Source: an uncultured Gemmatimonadaceae bacterium | Lineage (GTDB): Bacteria > Gemmatimonadota > Gemmatimonadetes > Gemmatimonadales > GWC2-71-9 | Direction: 5' to 3' | Length of the DNA: 64,000 nt | NCBI GenBank assembly: GCA_964642475.1 | Contig: CAZXRC010000005.1 | Coordinates: 68,859 to 132,858, forward strand | Shown here: in pieces, positions 18,558 through 28,095 of the stretch | Position numbering within the stretch: the stretch's first letter is position 1 | Layout of the letters: every line of letters begins with the position of its first letter | Made by a program: the position numbers and the translations under genes | The notes under the pieces: model-generated | Told to the model about the DNA's origin: nothing | The model's input: only the letters and a program-made list of their open reading frames with translations | Databases searched by the model: none

Positions 18558-19928
18558 CTACCGGATCATGCCGATGACGTCCCTGATCATGTCGTCAGCC
18601 ACGGTCACGAGCCGGGCGGCGGCGGCGTAAGCATTCTGCTGACCGATCAGGGCGGTCAACTCCTCGTCGACCGACACGCCGCTGACAGTCTGGCGTTGCG
18701 CGTCGGCATTGCTGGTGATGATGGACTGGGCTTCGGTGCGAGCCGTCACGTCCTGCAGCGCCACCGCCAGTTCCGACACTAACTGCTGGTAGCCCCCGCC
18801 CAGGGTCTGGCCCTGGAGGCTGGTCACCCCGGTGGTGCGGAGGCCGGCGATGGCCAGGGCATTGGTGTTGTCGCCCGGAGCGCCGCTCCGGCCGGCCGCG
18901 ATATTGTCGGTGGACAGCGCCACCGCCGCCGAGATATCGGCGCTGTCGAGGGTCAGCCCGGCGGGGTCGAAGAAGTCGATCCCGGTGCCGCCGGTCAGCG
19001 TCCTGCCGCCGCGATGCAGACTGTTCACCTCGGTCACGATGCTCCTGACCAGGCGGTTCAGCTGATCGCGGATGCCCGGCAGCGTCGTGCCCGAGAGTTG
19101 GGCCAATGCCGCGAGCCCGCCGCTCTTGAGGGTGATCGGCACGGCGCTCCCGGCCACGAAGACGTCCACCCGGCCCTGCCCCGCGTCCCGCGCCTCGAGC
19201 CTGGTCACCTGGCCGGCGTCCACCACCAGGGCGTCGCCGGCGGCGATGCCCACGGTGCCGTCGGGCCGGTCGATCACCCGCACGCCCGCCAGCGTGGAGA
19301 GCTGGTCCACCAGCTGGTCCCGCCGGTCCTTGAGGTCGGGGGACTCGCGCAGCCCGCCGCTGGCAGTCCGGATCTGGATGTTGAGTTCGGCGATCTGCTG
19401 GGCGACCTGATTGATCTGGTCGACGGCGTCGACCATCTTCTGGCGCAGGTCATTGGAGATCTCCCCCAACCGCTGATCGGCCTGGCGGAGCTGCTGCACC
19501 AGGTTCTGCGCCGCCTGCCGCACCAGGGTGCGCGGGGTCCGGCCCGACGGATCGTTGGCCAGGTCGCCGAAGGCGGCCAGGAACTCGTCGATCCCGGCGC
19601 CGAGACCGGTGGCGCTGGGCTCGCCGAAGATGTCCTCGATCTGGCCCAGCGTCTCCTTCATCGTCCCGAACCGTCCCAGTTCGCCGTTCTCCCGGCGGTA
19701 GTGCTGGTCGAGGAACCCGTCCCGCAGCCGTTCGATCCCGTCGGCGGTGACGCCGCGCCCCACCTGCCCGATCGCCGTGTTGAGCGGCACTTCAGCGGTG
19801 AGGGCGAGACGCTGGCGGGTATAGCCCGGCGTGCTGGCGTTGGCGATGTTGTGCCCGGTGGTGTCGACCGCCTTCTGATGGGTCAGAAGCGCGGTGCGGG
19901 CAATGCTGAGCAGACTGGTCAGGCTCAT
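18558..19928 (-). CDS. flgK: Hook-associated protein 1 FlgK
   Basis: GHNIANASTPGYTRQ, SGVSVDEE. Confidence 0.96.
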   Translation of the reverse strand: MSLTSLLSIARTALLTHQKAVDTTGHNIANASTPGYTRQRLALTAEVPLNTAIGQVGRGVTADGIERLRDGFLDQHYRRENGELGRFGTMKETLGQIEDIFGEPSATGLGAGIDEFLAAFGDLANDPSGRTPRTLVRQAAQNLVQQLRQADQRLGEISNDLRQKMVDAVDQINQVAQQIAELNIQIRTASGGLRESPDLKDRRDQLVDQLSTLAGVRVIDRPDGTVGIAAGDALVVDAGQVTRLEARDAGQGRVDVFVAGSAVPITLKSGGLAALAQLSGTTLPGIRDQLNRLVRSIVTEVNSLHRGGRTLTGGTGIDFFDPAGLTLDSADISAAVALSTDNIAAGRSGAPGDNTNALAIAGLRTTGVTSLQGQTLGGGYQQLVSELAVALQDVTARTEAQSIITSNADAQRQTVSGVSVDEELTALIGQQNAYAAAARLVTVADDMIRDVIGMIR

Positions 19929-20458
19929 CAGGCCGTCCGGTTGAGGATGCGGCCCGCCCGGGGAGACTCCGCCGGGGATTCGTGGCGCTGGTAGCTGGGG
20001 GCCGGGTCGCCGGCCATCGAGAAGAGTCGCTGCAGGAAGGCGTCACCCGCTTCGAGGGCGCGCCGGAGGATGTGCTGATTGATGGCGACGTCCTGGGCGG
20101 TGGCGAGGGCGGCCCGCTTCACCCTGGCGCGGGCGTTCTCCAGCTCGGGCGGCAGGATCCCGCCGAACATGCCCTCCAGCTTTTCGAGCGGCGTGGGGTC
20201 GCTGCCGGAGATGAGCGCGGTGAGTGCCCCCCGACGACGGCGGGCCTCCTCCAGCGTCAGGAGCGTCCGCCCCATCGCGTGGATGCTGGCCTCCACCTGC
20301 TCGACGTCGTCCGCCGCCACACCGGCCCGCTGCCGCAGCAGCGCCTGGCGCAGCTCTTCGATGACGTTGGCCTCGTAGAGGAGCGCCTGGGCCAGATCGC
20401 CCATCCGGACGGTGGTGGCGGGGGCGGTGGCGATGAACTCCTGGTGCCCGTGGGGCAT
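19928..20458 (-). CDS. flgN: FlgN-like export chaperone
   Basis: Helical protein between flgJ and flgK. L..Q...INQ.IL...L pattern. Confidence 0.7.
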   Translation of the reverse strand: MPHGHQEFIATAPATTVRMGDLAQALLYEANVIEELRQALLRQRAGVAADDVEQVEASIHAMGRTLLTLEEARRRRGALTALISGSDPTPLEKLEGMFGGILPPELENARARVKRAALATAQDVAINQHILRRALEAGDAFLQRLFSMAGDPAPSYQRHESPAESPRAGRILNRTA

Positions 20459-20473
20459 GGTCTCGGCTCCGGG

Positions 20474-20773
20474 TCAGCGGCCTTCGTCAGGCAGCCGACG
20501 GCTCAACTGGCGATACAACGCCTCACCCAATCCATGCTCGGAGCGCCCGGCGTAGAGATCGGCGATCCTCTCATCCATCATGCCCTGGAACAGCTCCTGC
20601 CCCGGCGCCTGGCCGATGATGCCGTCCGCCGACACCGTCTGCCGCATCGCCTTGAACAGCTCATTGACGAAAAGGCCCTCGAGCTGGTGGGCCGCCTGGC
20701 GGAGCCGGGCGTGCGCCGCATCGCTCGCCCCGGCCGCTCCCGGCCCTCCGATCGGGCCGATCCCGCCGGTCAT
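20474..20773 (-). CDS. flgJ: Short FlgJ (rod-binding domain only)
   Basis: LRQAAHQLEGLFVNELFKAMRQTV...GLGEALYRQL. No muramidase domain. Confidence 0.88.
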   Translation of the reverse strand: MTGGIGPIGGPGAAGASDAAHARLRQAAHQLEGLFVNELFKAMRQTVSADGIIGQAPGQELFQGMMDERIADLYAGRSEHGLGEALYRQLSRRLPDEGR

Positions 20774-21867
20774 CGGACCACCACTTCGGCCCCGATCGCG
20801 CCCACTTCCCTGAGCGCGGAGAACATCGCCGCGATTTCCTGCGGCCTGGCCCCGGCGGCGTGGAGCCCCGCGGCCACCTCCTGCACCGTGGCGCCTTCGC
20901 CCACCGCCAGCAGCCCCTCCGGTTCCTTGTTTGCCGTAGTGTCCGCCGACGGTACCCGGGCAGCCGGGCCGCCGATGCGGAGGGTCATCCCCCGATGGCT
21001 CACGGTGGCGGCGGCGACATGGATCGTTCCGCCACTCACCACGGTACCGCTTCGGGCGTCGATGACCACCCGGGCGTCGGGGACCATGCGCACCGGAAGG
21101 GTGTCTACCGACGCGAGAAACCCAATCAGGTTATCGGCCCCGCGCGCCCCCGGGTTGAGGGTGATCGATCCCGGATCGTCAACTTTCGCGACAGTACTGT
21201 CCCCCAGACCGGTGTTGATGGCCTGGGCCACTCGCTGGGCCGTGGCCAGGTTGGGGTGCTTGAGCAGCAGTCGTGGGGTCAGTGCGGCCAGCTGGGCCGG
21301 CTCTACCTCGAGGATGCCGCCTTCAGGAATCCGGGCGCTGTTGCCCCGGCGGGCGGCATACCGCACATCCTCTTCCGGCACCAGCACCGGTCCCTGGGCG
21401 GTGCCGATCGCCGGCTGATCCACGTCGGGCATGAGGGGGGTAGTCCAGAGCACGCCACCGCGCAGGCTCACGGCGTCACCGATCGAGCTGACCTGGACCT
21501 CGAACCGCCCGCCGGCACGCAGCCAGGGCGAGATCTCGGCCGTGACCACCACGGCGGCGACGTTCCGGGGGCGGAGCCGCTCGGGGGGCACTTCCAGCCC
21601 GAGACGCCGCAGAGCGTTGGCGATGGAGCGCACCGTCTGGGTACCGCCATTGGCCCCGCCGATGGAGCGGTCGCCGGTGCCGTCGAGACCGATGACGAGG
21701 CTGTAACCGATGACCCGGCGCGGGATGTTGCCGGTGGTGGTGACGAGGTCGCCGACGCGCTCGGTGGCTTGGGCGCCGCCGACACGCGGCGTCACCAGCG
21801 CCAGCATCACCATGCCCGCGACCAGGGCGTTCAGGCGGACAGGCGGGCAGGCGGGCAGTGACTTCAT
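20770..21867 (-). CDS. flgI: P-ring protein FlgI
   Basis: GYSLVIGLDGTGD, NVAAVVVTA, SSIGDAVSLRGGVL, VIDARSGTVV. Probable start MKSLP at 21867 (ORF open to 21972). Confidence 0.95.
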   Translation of the reverse strand: MKSLPACPPVRLNALVAGMVMLALVTPRVGGAQATERVGDLVTTTGNIPRRVIGYSLVIGLDGTGDRSIGGANGGTQTVRSIANALRRLGLEVPPERLRPRNVAAVVVTAEISPWLRAGGRFEVQVSSIGDAVSLRGGVLWTTPLMPDVDQPAIGTAQGPVLVPEEDVRYAARRGNSARIPEGGILEVEPAQLAALTPRLLLKHPNLATAQRVAQAINTGLGDSTVAKVDDPGSITLNPGARGADNLIGFLASVDTLPVRMVPDARVVIDARSGTVVSGGTIHVAAATVSHRGMTLRIGGPAARVPSADTTANKEPEGLLAVGEGATVQEVAAGLHAAGARPQEIAAMFSALREVGAIGAEVVVR

Positions 21868-21950
21868 CGGCATGGCCAGATGGCTGATAGTGGACATCAT
21901 CGCGGGTACCAGGCCTCCGACCGTCTGACCGCCTGACCGCCTGACCGCCC
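21833..21950. repeat. Inverted 8-mer tandem arrays flanking a 60-nt core at the flgH/flgI junction
   Basis: (aggcggRc)x3 at 21833-21858 and (gaccgYcY)x4 at 21919-21950. Confidence 0.8.
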
Positions 21951-21968
21951 TCTTCATTTCACCCATGA

Positions 21969-22616
21969 TCATGGCCAGAAAATCGAGAGAATGCCGCCGA
22001 GGATCCCCTTGCCCGGTCCGATCTTCTTGCCCTTGTAGCTGATGACCGACTCGGCGATCCGACTGGAGTACACACTGTTGTCGCTGTTCACATCTTCCGG
22101 CCGGACCACGCCTTCGACCTGGATCACCTGGTTGCGGCCGTCGACGCCGACGGTCTTCTCGCCTTTGAGCCGCGCGATGCCGCTCGGCTCGATGGCGACC
22201 ACCCGGACGCTGATCATGGCGGTGAGCCCGCCGGTGCGGTTGGCGACCCCGGTGGCCTTGGAGTCGTTGCTGACCCCGCTCTGGAAGCCCTTTTGCGGGC
22301 CGATCGCGAGGTCGGTGCCGACGTTGAGGTTGAGGCCCATCTGCTGGCCCCGCTGCTTGGAGGCGTTCTCGACCTGGCTCTCGCGGGAGTTCACCGCCTC
22401 GTCGACCACGATGGTGATGATGTCACCCACCCGGAGCGGCCGCTTGTCGCTGAACCAGCCGGCCCGCGCCACGACCGGGGTGGCCTGCACCGCGGGCGGG
22501 GTGGCCGCCGGCGGGGCGGCGGTGGTCGTAGGCGCGGCCGGCGCGGCCTGGGCCGAGAGCGCGGCCGCGGGAACGAGCAGCAGGAGCGCGAGCGCTGTCA
22601 TGCGGATCGGAGTCAT
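21969..22616 (-). CDS. flgH: L-ring protein FlgH
   Basis: FSDKR...VGDIITIVVDE, VRPEDV, SSRIAE. No obvious lipobox Cys. Confidence 0.93.
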   Translation of the reverse strand: MTPIRMTALALLLLVPAAALSAQAAPAAPTTTAAPPAATPPAVQATPVVARAGWFSDKRPLRVGDIITIVVDEAVNSRESQVENASKQRGQQMGLNLNVGTDLAIGPQKGFQSGVSNDSKATGVANRTGGLTAMISVRVVAIEPSGIARLKGEKTVGVDGRNQVIQVEGVVRPEDVNSDNSVYSSRIAESVISYKGKKIGPGKGILGGILSIFWP

Positions 22617-23320
22617 TCCATCCTCGCTTCACCGGGGGCGACCGCGGTGCCGGCGACCACGCCGATCCGTCCCGGGGTGCGCACCCTGACGGGCTGACCC
22701 ACCGCCGCATCGTTGAGCGCAACGCCGTCGAGCGCCACCGAGACGCTGCCGGCGTTGTAGTACATCCGGACCGGCTTGCCGGCGCTCACCACCGGGGGAG
22801 GCGCTACCCGGAACCCTTCGAGCGCATCGCCACTGGCGATGGGGCGCCGCACGATCCAGCCCGCCGCCGCCCGCGGCTCGGGGTCCCGCGGTAATGGACC
22901 CCAATGCACCCGGGGCTCGAGACGGAAGTCGTTTTCGCCGAGCACCGTGCCCGGCACCAGCGCCCGCGCCGCGATCAGCCCCTCGACCGCGACCCCGGCC
23001 CGGAGCCGGAAGAACGCGGTGGGACCGTGGGCGGGCTCCAACATGAGGGAGAACCACCCGGCCTCGCCGCCGATCAGCCGGAAGGCGGAGGTGTCCGGCA
23101 CCTGGCCGAGCGATCCGCTGCCCCACGACAGCACCACCCGGCCGACGTCCACCTCCCACTCCCGGCTGATCGCCTCCGCCACCCGGGCCGAGAGCCGCTC
23201 CGATACGGAGCCGGCGCCAACCAGAGCGAGCCGAGCCTGGGCGTGGGAGCGGCCCGGGGTGACCAGCGACGCGAGGGAGGCCAGAGCGGCGAACACGATG
23301 ATCCTAGCGAATGAGATCAT
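22613..23320 (-). CDS. flgA: P-ring formation chaperone FlgA
   Basis: Signal peptide, SAF-like region, C-terminal GVALNDAAVGQPVRV. Position between flgG and flgH. Confidence 0.85.
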   Translation of the reverse strand: MISFARIIVFAALASLASLVTPGRSHAQARLALVGAGSVSERLSARVAEAISREWEVDVGRVVLSWGSGSLGQVPDTSAFRLIGGEAGWFSLMLEPAHGPTAFFRLRAGVAVEGLIAARALVPGTVLGENDFRLEPRVHWGPLPRDPEPRAAAGWIVRRPIASGDALEGFRVAPPPVVSAGKPVRMYYNAGSVSVALDGVALNDAAVGQPVRVRTPGRIGVVAGTAVAPGEARME

Positions 23321-24098
23321 TGGTGACGGTCTGGATCATTTCCTCGGCAGTCTTTATCGCCTTGGAGTTCACTTCATAGGCCCGTTGCGCCGCGATCATG
23401 TCGACCATCTCCTGCACGATCTCGACATTGCTCGACTCCAGCGCCCCCTGCACGATCTGCCCGAAGCCATCCTCCATCGGGGTCCCGTTCATCGGGTCGC
23501 CCGAGGCGGGCGTCGCCTGGTAGTTGTTGCCCCCCAGGCTCAGGAGCCCGCTGGGGTTGACGAAGCGCACCAGCTCGAGCTGGCCCAGTTCGACCTGCTG
23601 CCCGTTGGTGTTGAGAATCGCGCTCACGATACCGGTAGGAGAGATGGTCACCTGGGTCGCTTCCGGCGGGACCGTGATTTCGGGCTGCAGGGTGTAGCCG
23701 GCGTGGGTCACCAGGGCGCCGGTGTCGGCCGCGCGGCCGAAGGTCCCGTCGCGGGTGTAGGCGGTGTTCCCGTTCGGCATCTGGATCTGAAAGAACCCGT
23801 CCCCCTCGATGGCGAGATCGAACGGGTTGTCGGTGGTCTCGAAGGTGCCCTGGGTCTGGATCCGCTGGACGTCGGCCAGCCGCACCCCACGCCCGATCTG
23901 AATCGGCGCCAGGGTCTCGGTGCCCTCGTAGCGGACCAGCTGCGAGCCCTGCAGGGTCTCGTAGAGCATGTCCTCGAAGTTGGCCCGACTCCGCTTGAAG
24001 GCGGTGGTGTTGACGTTCGCCAGATTATTGGCGATCGCGTCGATGCGGGTCTGCTGGGCCCGCATGCCGCTGGCCGATGCTCTGAGTCCGGGATTCAC
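23304..24098 (-). CDS. flgG: Distal rod protein FlgG
   Basis: IANNLANVNTTAFK, DLAIEGDGFFQI, LESSNVEIVQEMVDMIAAQRAYE. Confidence 0.97.
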   Translation of the reverse strand: MNPGLRASASGMRAQQTRIDAIANNLANVNTTAFKRSRANFEDMLYETLQGSQLVRYEGTETLAPIQIGRGVRLADVQRIQTQGTFETTDNPFDLAIEGDGFFQIQMPNGNTAYTRDGTFGRAADTGALVTHAGYTLQPEITVPPEATQVTISPTGIVSAILNTNGQQVELGQLELVRFVNPSGLLSLGGNNYQATPASGDPMNGTPMEDGFGQIVQGALESSNVEIVQEMVDMIAAQRAYEVNSKAIKTAEEMIQTVTNDLIR

Positions 24099-24116
24099 CT
24101 TGCGCTCCTTGAGACA

Positions 24117-24222
24117 ATTCCGAGTTCCGGAGTTCCACGTTCCACGCGCTCACCTGTTGCCACGGCCATCCGTTCCCACTTAGTCCGCCTGGATGACGCG
24201 GAACGGGGAACGCGGAACGGCG
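24117..24222. repeat. Inverted 7-mer tandem arrays in the flgF-flgG intergenic region
   Basis: (gttccNN)x4-like array at 24117-24148 and (gNggaac)x3 at 24198-24218. Confidence 0.75.
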
Positions 24223-24924
24223 TCAGCCCACCTTCCCGACTTCGTTCACCACCGTCCCCAGCACCGAGTCGAGCGCCTTGAGCGAGTCGACGTTGGCGGC
24301 GTAGGCCCGCTGGATGGTCACCAGGTCGACCGTCCCCTTCAGGGTGTCCTGGTTGCTGTCTTCGGTCGCCCCCTGCCGGATCACCGTCGTGGCGCTATCC
24401 ACCACCTGAGTCGGGGTCGAGGGGATGAACCGCCCGAACCCCTCCTTGAGCAGGGTGGTGGTATCGTCGACCGTCTCGAGTCGCAGCCGGTCGAGTCGGA
24501 CGCCGTCGACCACCACGTTCCCATCGGCATGGACTTCCATCGTGGCGTAGCGGAGCGGGACCTGGACCGGACCGTTCTGGCCCAGCAGCAGGTTGCCGTG
24601 CCGATCGGAGAGGCGATTGGCGCCGTCCAGCGCCAGCGCGCCACCCCGGGTCAGCCGTTCCCCCTGGTCGGTCTGGAGCACGAGGAAGCCGGGACCTTCG
24701 AGCGCGAGATCGAGCGGCCGCCCGGTCGTGGTCATGGTGCCCTGCGACAGGTCGGTCCGGGTGACCGGCACCGGAAAGGTCGCGTCCCCGATGAGCCGGG
24801 CCGACATCACGTCGGCCTTGAAGCCTTCGGTGTCGCTGTTGGCGAGGTTGTTCGCGGTGAGCGCCTGCAGCCGGGTGTAGAAGCTCAGCGTCCGGGCAGT
24901 GCTCTTCAGTGCGTTGAGCCCCAT
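24223..24924 (-). CDS. flgF: Proximal rod protein FlgF
   Basis: ANNLANSDTEGFK, TGRPLDLALEGPGF, TRGG. Immediately upstream of flgG. Confidence 0.9.
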   Translation of the reverse strand: MGLNALKSTARTLSFYTRLQALTANNLANSDTEGFKADVMSARLIGDATFPVPVTRTDLSQGTMTTTGRPLDLALEGPGFLVLQTDQGERLTRGGALALDGANRLSDRHGNLLLGQNGPVQVPLRYATMEVHADGNVVVDGVRLDRLRLETVDDTTTLLKEGFGRFIPSTPTQVVDSATTVIRQGATEDSNQDTLKGTVDLVTIQRAYAANVDSLKALDSVLGTVVNEVGKVG

Positions 24925-24984
24925 CGTTCCTCACAGGTGGTGCCGGTCGGTCGTGGCCGGCAGGGATCGCCCGGGACTGACAAA

Positions 24985-25000
24985 GGCAATCGCCGTGCCC
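24985..25000 (-). promoter_or_regulatory. sigma54 promoter of the flgF operon
   Basis: Minus strand GGGCACG-GCGA-TTGCC with correct -24/-12 spacing. Confidence 0.75.
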
Positions 25001-25014
25001 TCCGGCCGGCCCGG

Positions 25015-25593
25015 CTAAGCCAGTGCCCCGTAAGCCTTTCGGGGCTGGGGCGAGAGCGAGGCGGGTGACTTTGCCGGTAGCCGCTGCTGGCGACCCCGGA
25101 AAGAACTGCCCGGTGGTGCGACGGGCGCCGGCAGCGAGTCACCAAGGGCGGCGCGGACTGCGTCGATCGAGATCCCGTGCCGGCGGGCGAGAGCGGGAAG
25201 CCGCTCCCCCTTCTTTGCCGCCGAGCGGATCTTCCCTTCGAGGGCCGACGCCGGCGCCGCCGGGGCACGCCGCGCCGCGGAGGGCGCGACCATCGACTCC
25301 CGCCGCGCGGCCGGTGCCAGGGTGGTGCCGGCGTCGTAGCGGGACAGCGCTTCAGCGAACGCGGCGCCCTGCCGGCGGCGGCGGCTCCGGCGGACACTCG
25401 TGCCCAGCGCCAGCGTCAGCAGCGCGGCGGTGAGGCCGAGCAGCGCGTCGCTCCATCGACCGATGGTATCGGCGACCGCCACGACATCCACACCCGCCAG
25501 CGCCCTTCCCAGCTCGGGTGCCGCCGGCGCCAGCGAGAGCAGCACGAAGCCGGCGAGAAACGCGACCACCACCCGGCGGAGGCGGGGGTTCAT
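25015..25593 (-). CDS. Hypothetical membrane protein with C-terminal HTH-like motif
   Basis: Two hydrophobic segments, LPALARRHGISIDAVRAAL, 4-nt overlap with fliA stop. Confidence 0.65.
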   Translation of the reverse strand: MNPRLRRVVVAFLAGFVLLSLAPAAPELGRALAGVDVVAVADTIGRWSDALLGLTAALLTLALGTSVRRSRRRRQGAAFAEALSRYDAGTTLAPAARRESMVAPSAARRAPAAPASALEGKIRSAAKKGERLPALARRHGISIDAVRAALGDSLPAPVAPPGSSFRGRQQRLPAKSPASLSPQPRKAYGALA

Positions 25594-26399
25594 GCCATGT
25601 CTCCCGCCGGCGACATCCGCTGCCGCAACCGCTTGAGCGCCTGGGTCCGGATCTGGGAGACCCGCGACTCGGTCACGTGGAGCACTTCCGCGATCTGGCG
25701 GAGATTCAGTTCTTCGTAGTAGTACAGCGCCAGCACCGTCCGCTCCTTGGGTGGCAGCATGCCGATGGCATGGCGGAGGTTGGCCACCGTCTCGGCCTGG
25801 CTCAGGGCGTCACCCGGGCGCTCGGCCGAGGCATCGCTCAGCGTCTCGGCCAGGGTGGCCGACTCGGCGTGCTCACTCGAGACCGAGCCGTCGAGCGACA
25901 GCAGCACCGCGCCATCCACCTCTTCCCGCCAGCGCCAATAGGTCTCGAGATCGATCGACAGCGCCTTGGCCACCTCGGCGGGCTCGGGGGCCCGACCCAG
26001 ATGGTTCTCCAGCTGGGCTACGGCGGTGGCGAGTTGGCGGCCCTTGGAGCGGACCGAGCGGGGCACCCAGTCGCGGCTGCGGAGCTCGTCGAGAATGGAG
26101 CCCCGGATCCGTCGCATCGCGTAGGTGCTGAAGGCCAGCCCGCGGGAGAGGTCGAAGGCTTCCAGCGCCTGCACCAGGCCCAGCGTGCCGGCGCTCACCA
26201 GATCGTCGACTTCCACCACATCGGATACCCGGGCCGCCACCTGGCGGGCGACGTGATGCACCAGACCGAGATACCGGTCCAGAAGCTGGGACCGGGCCTC
26301 GGGGTCGCCGGTTGCCCGGTAGCGCTGCCAGAGCGCGTCGGTCATCGTGGTGGGCGTCGCGGTCGTGACCATCGGGATGCCTTCTTCCTGGGGTCTCAT
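25590..26399 (-). CDS. fliA: RNA polymerase sigma factor FliA (sigma28)
   Basis: RIRGSILDELRSRDWVPRS, LALYYYEELNLRQIAEVLHVTESRVSQI. Start may be 26372. Confidence 0.97.
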   Translation of the reverse strand: MRPQEEGIPMVTTATPTTMTDALWQRYRATGDPEARSQLLDRYLGLVHHVARQVAARVSDVVEVDDLVSAGTLGLVQALEAFDLSRGLAFSTYAMRRIRGSILDELRSRDWVPRSVRSKGRQLATAVAQLENHLGRAPEPAEVAKALSIDLETYWRWREEVDGAVLLSLDGSVSSEHAESATLAETLSDASAERPGDALSQAETVANLRHAIGMLPPKERTVLALYYYEELNLRQIAEVLHVTESRVSQIRTQALKRLRQRMSPAGDMA

Positions 26400-27223
26400 T
26401 CGGCTGTCCTCGCCGGAACCGGGACCTCGAGACGCTCGAGGACCGTGGTCAGGAGTTCGGAATTCGGGCCGGGGCCGAGACCATTGGCGACCCTGCCCGG
26501 TGCGCGCACCGCGCGTCTGATGTCGTCGTCTTCCCAGATTGCGCCGAGATACCTGAGGGGCCTGTGCAGGAAGCGTTCCGCGGCGGTCGCGAGTCGTTCA
26601 AAGGCTTGCGGGCCTTCCCGCGGGTCTTCCACCCGGTTGATCAGGACATCGACCGGCAAATCCTTCAGCTGGGCATGCACAATTTTCAGGGTGGCATAGG
26701 CATCGGTGAGCGCGGCGGGCTCCGGCAGGGCGACGAGAATCAGCCGGGTCGCGCCCATGGTGCACACCCGGAGGACGCTGTCGATCCCGGCGCCGCTGTC
26801 GACGATCACCACGTCGAAATCATCGTAGAGGATGCCGAGCCGGTGATGCAGCCGGGCCCGGTCCAGGGCGCCGAGTCCCTGGAGCGTTTCCGCGCCACTG
26901 TCGGCGGGGAGCAGCCAGAGCCGCTCGGTGACGCTCACGAGGAGGTCGCGCGGGCTGACCAGGTCGGTGAGCAGGTGTTCCGGCGTCGCGCCCCGATGAA
27001 CCCCGAAGAGCACATGCTGGTTGCCGAGGTTCTGGCTGCCGTCGACCAGGAGGACCCGCCGGCCATCGCTCGCCAGCCGCTGGGCCAGCAGGGCGCTCAC
27101 CACCGACTTGCCCACGCCGCCCTTGCCGCTGCCGATCACGATCGTCGGCGGCCCCGCCGGTGCGACGGGTTCGCGGCGGAGCCCCGCCATCATGGCGCGG
27201 AGCTGTGCGGCCTGGTCGTTCAC
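26396..27223 (-). CDS. flhG: Flagellar number regulator FlhG/FleN (MinD-like ATPase)
   Basis: SGKGGVGKS P-loop, DQAAQLR N-terminus, PEPAALTDAYA. Position after flhF. Confidence 0.9.
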   Translation of the reverse strand: MNDQAAQLRAMMAGLRREPVAPAGPPTIVIGSGKGGVGKSVVSALLAQRLASDGRRVLLVDGSQNLGNQHVLFGVHRGATPEHLLTDLVSPRDLLVSVTERLWLLPADSGAETLQGLGALDRARLHHRLGILYDDFDVVIVDSGAGIDSVLRVCTMGATRLILVALPEPAALTDAYATLKIVHAQLKDLPVDVLINRVEDPREGPQAFERLATAAERFLHRPLRYLGAIWEDDDIRRAVRAPGRVANGLGPGPNSELLTTVLERLEVPVPARTAE

Positions 27224-28095
27224 GCCACCACCTCGGTCCGTTCGGCGGTGGTCACCCGAAGCGCGGCCACCGCGGCGAGGAAGCGGGGCGCGGCGGCCTT
27301 GAGATCGCGGGGGACATCCTGACCGTCGGATAGCCAGCGCATCGGCATGCGGGCTTCGGCCGCGGCGTCAAAGAGCGACCAGTCGTCCGGCGCCTCGTCC
27401 AGCTTGGTGGCGAGGAGATGGGTGGCCCCCTGGGCCCGATAGGCGGCGATGGCGCGGCGCACCTGCTCGGCCTGAAGTCCGGCGGGGAGCACCAGATGGG
27501 TCTCATGGGGGGCCAGCTGCATCAGCCACTGCCGCACCTGCTGGGTATCCCCCTGCAGTCGCGGGCTTCGTCCCGGGGTGTCCACCAGGATCAGGTCGCG
27601 GTCGGAGAGCCGGCGCAGGGCGGTGGGCAGGTCGGCCGACTCGTAGATCACTTCGACCGGGATGCCGGCGATCTCGCCGTAGGTCTTGATCTGCTCCACC
27701 GCGCCGACCCGATAGGTGTCGAGGCAGAGGAACCCGATCCGGCCCGGCCGGAGGAAATCGGGATGGGTGCCGAGTTTGGCGATGGTGGTGGTCTTCCCGA
27801 CCCCGGTCGGCCCGACCAGGGCGATTACGCGAGGGCCACCCTCCTGCCGCCGCTGGACGAAATGCTCGGGGCCCGGCGCGCTGGTGAGCAGCGGGTGCCC
27901 GCCGGCGTCGGGTGTCATGCGGCGGCGCTCTTCGGCGGCGCACTCGGCGTCGGCGGCGAGCACCTGGAACTGGAGGAGACCGGCGCCCGACCGAAGGGTC
28001 CGGACCGCGATGATTTCGGCTTCGGCGCCCAGGCGTCGGCGGGCCTCTGCAAGCAGGGCGTCCACCGCGGGGCCGATGAAGGACTCAAGCGGCAC
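27220..28095 (-). CDS. flhF: SRP-family GTPase FlhF (short)
   Basis: GPTGVGKTTT, DTYRVGA, DTPGR, TKLDE. Confidence 0.93.
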   Translation of the reverse strand: MPLESFIGPAVDALLAEARRRLGAEAEIIAVRTLRSGAGLLQFQVLAADAECAAEERRRMTPDAGGHPLLTSAPGPEHFVQRRQEGGPRVIALVGPTGVGKTTTIAKLGTHPDFLRPGRIGFLCLDTYRVGAVEQIKTYGEIAGIPVEVIYESADLPTALRRLSDRDLILVDTPGRSPRLQGDTQQVRQWLMQLAPHETHLVLPAGLQAEQVRRAIAAYRAQGATHLLATKLDEAPDDWSLFDAAAEARMPMRWLSDGQDVPRDLKAAAPRFLAAVAALRVTTAERTEVVA

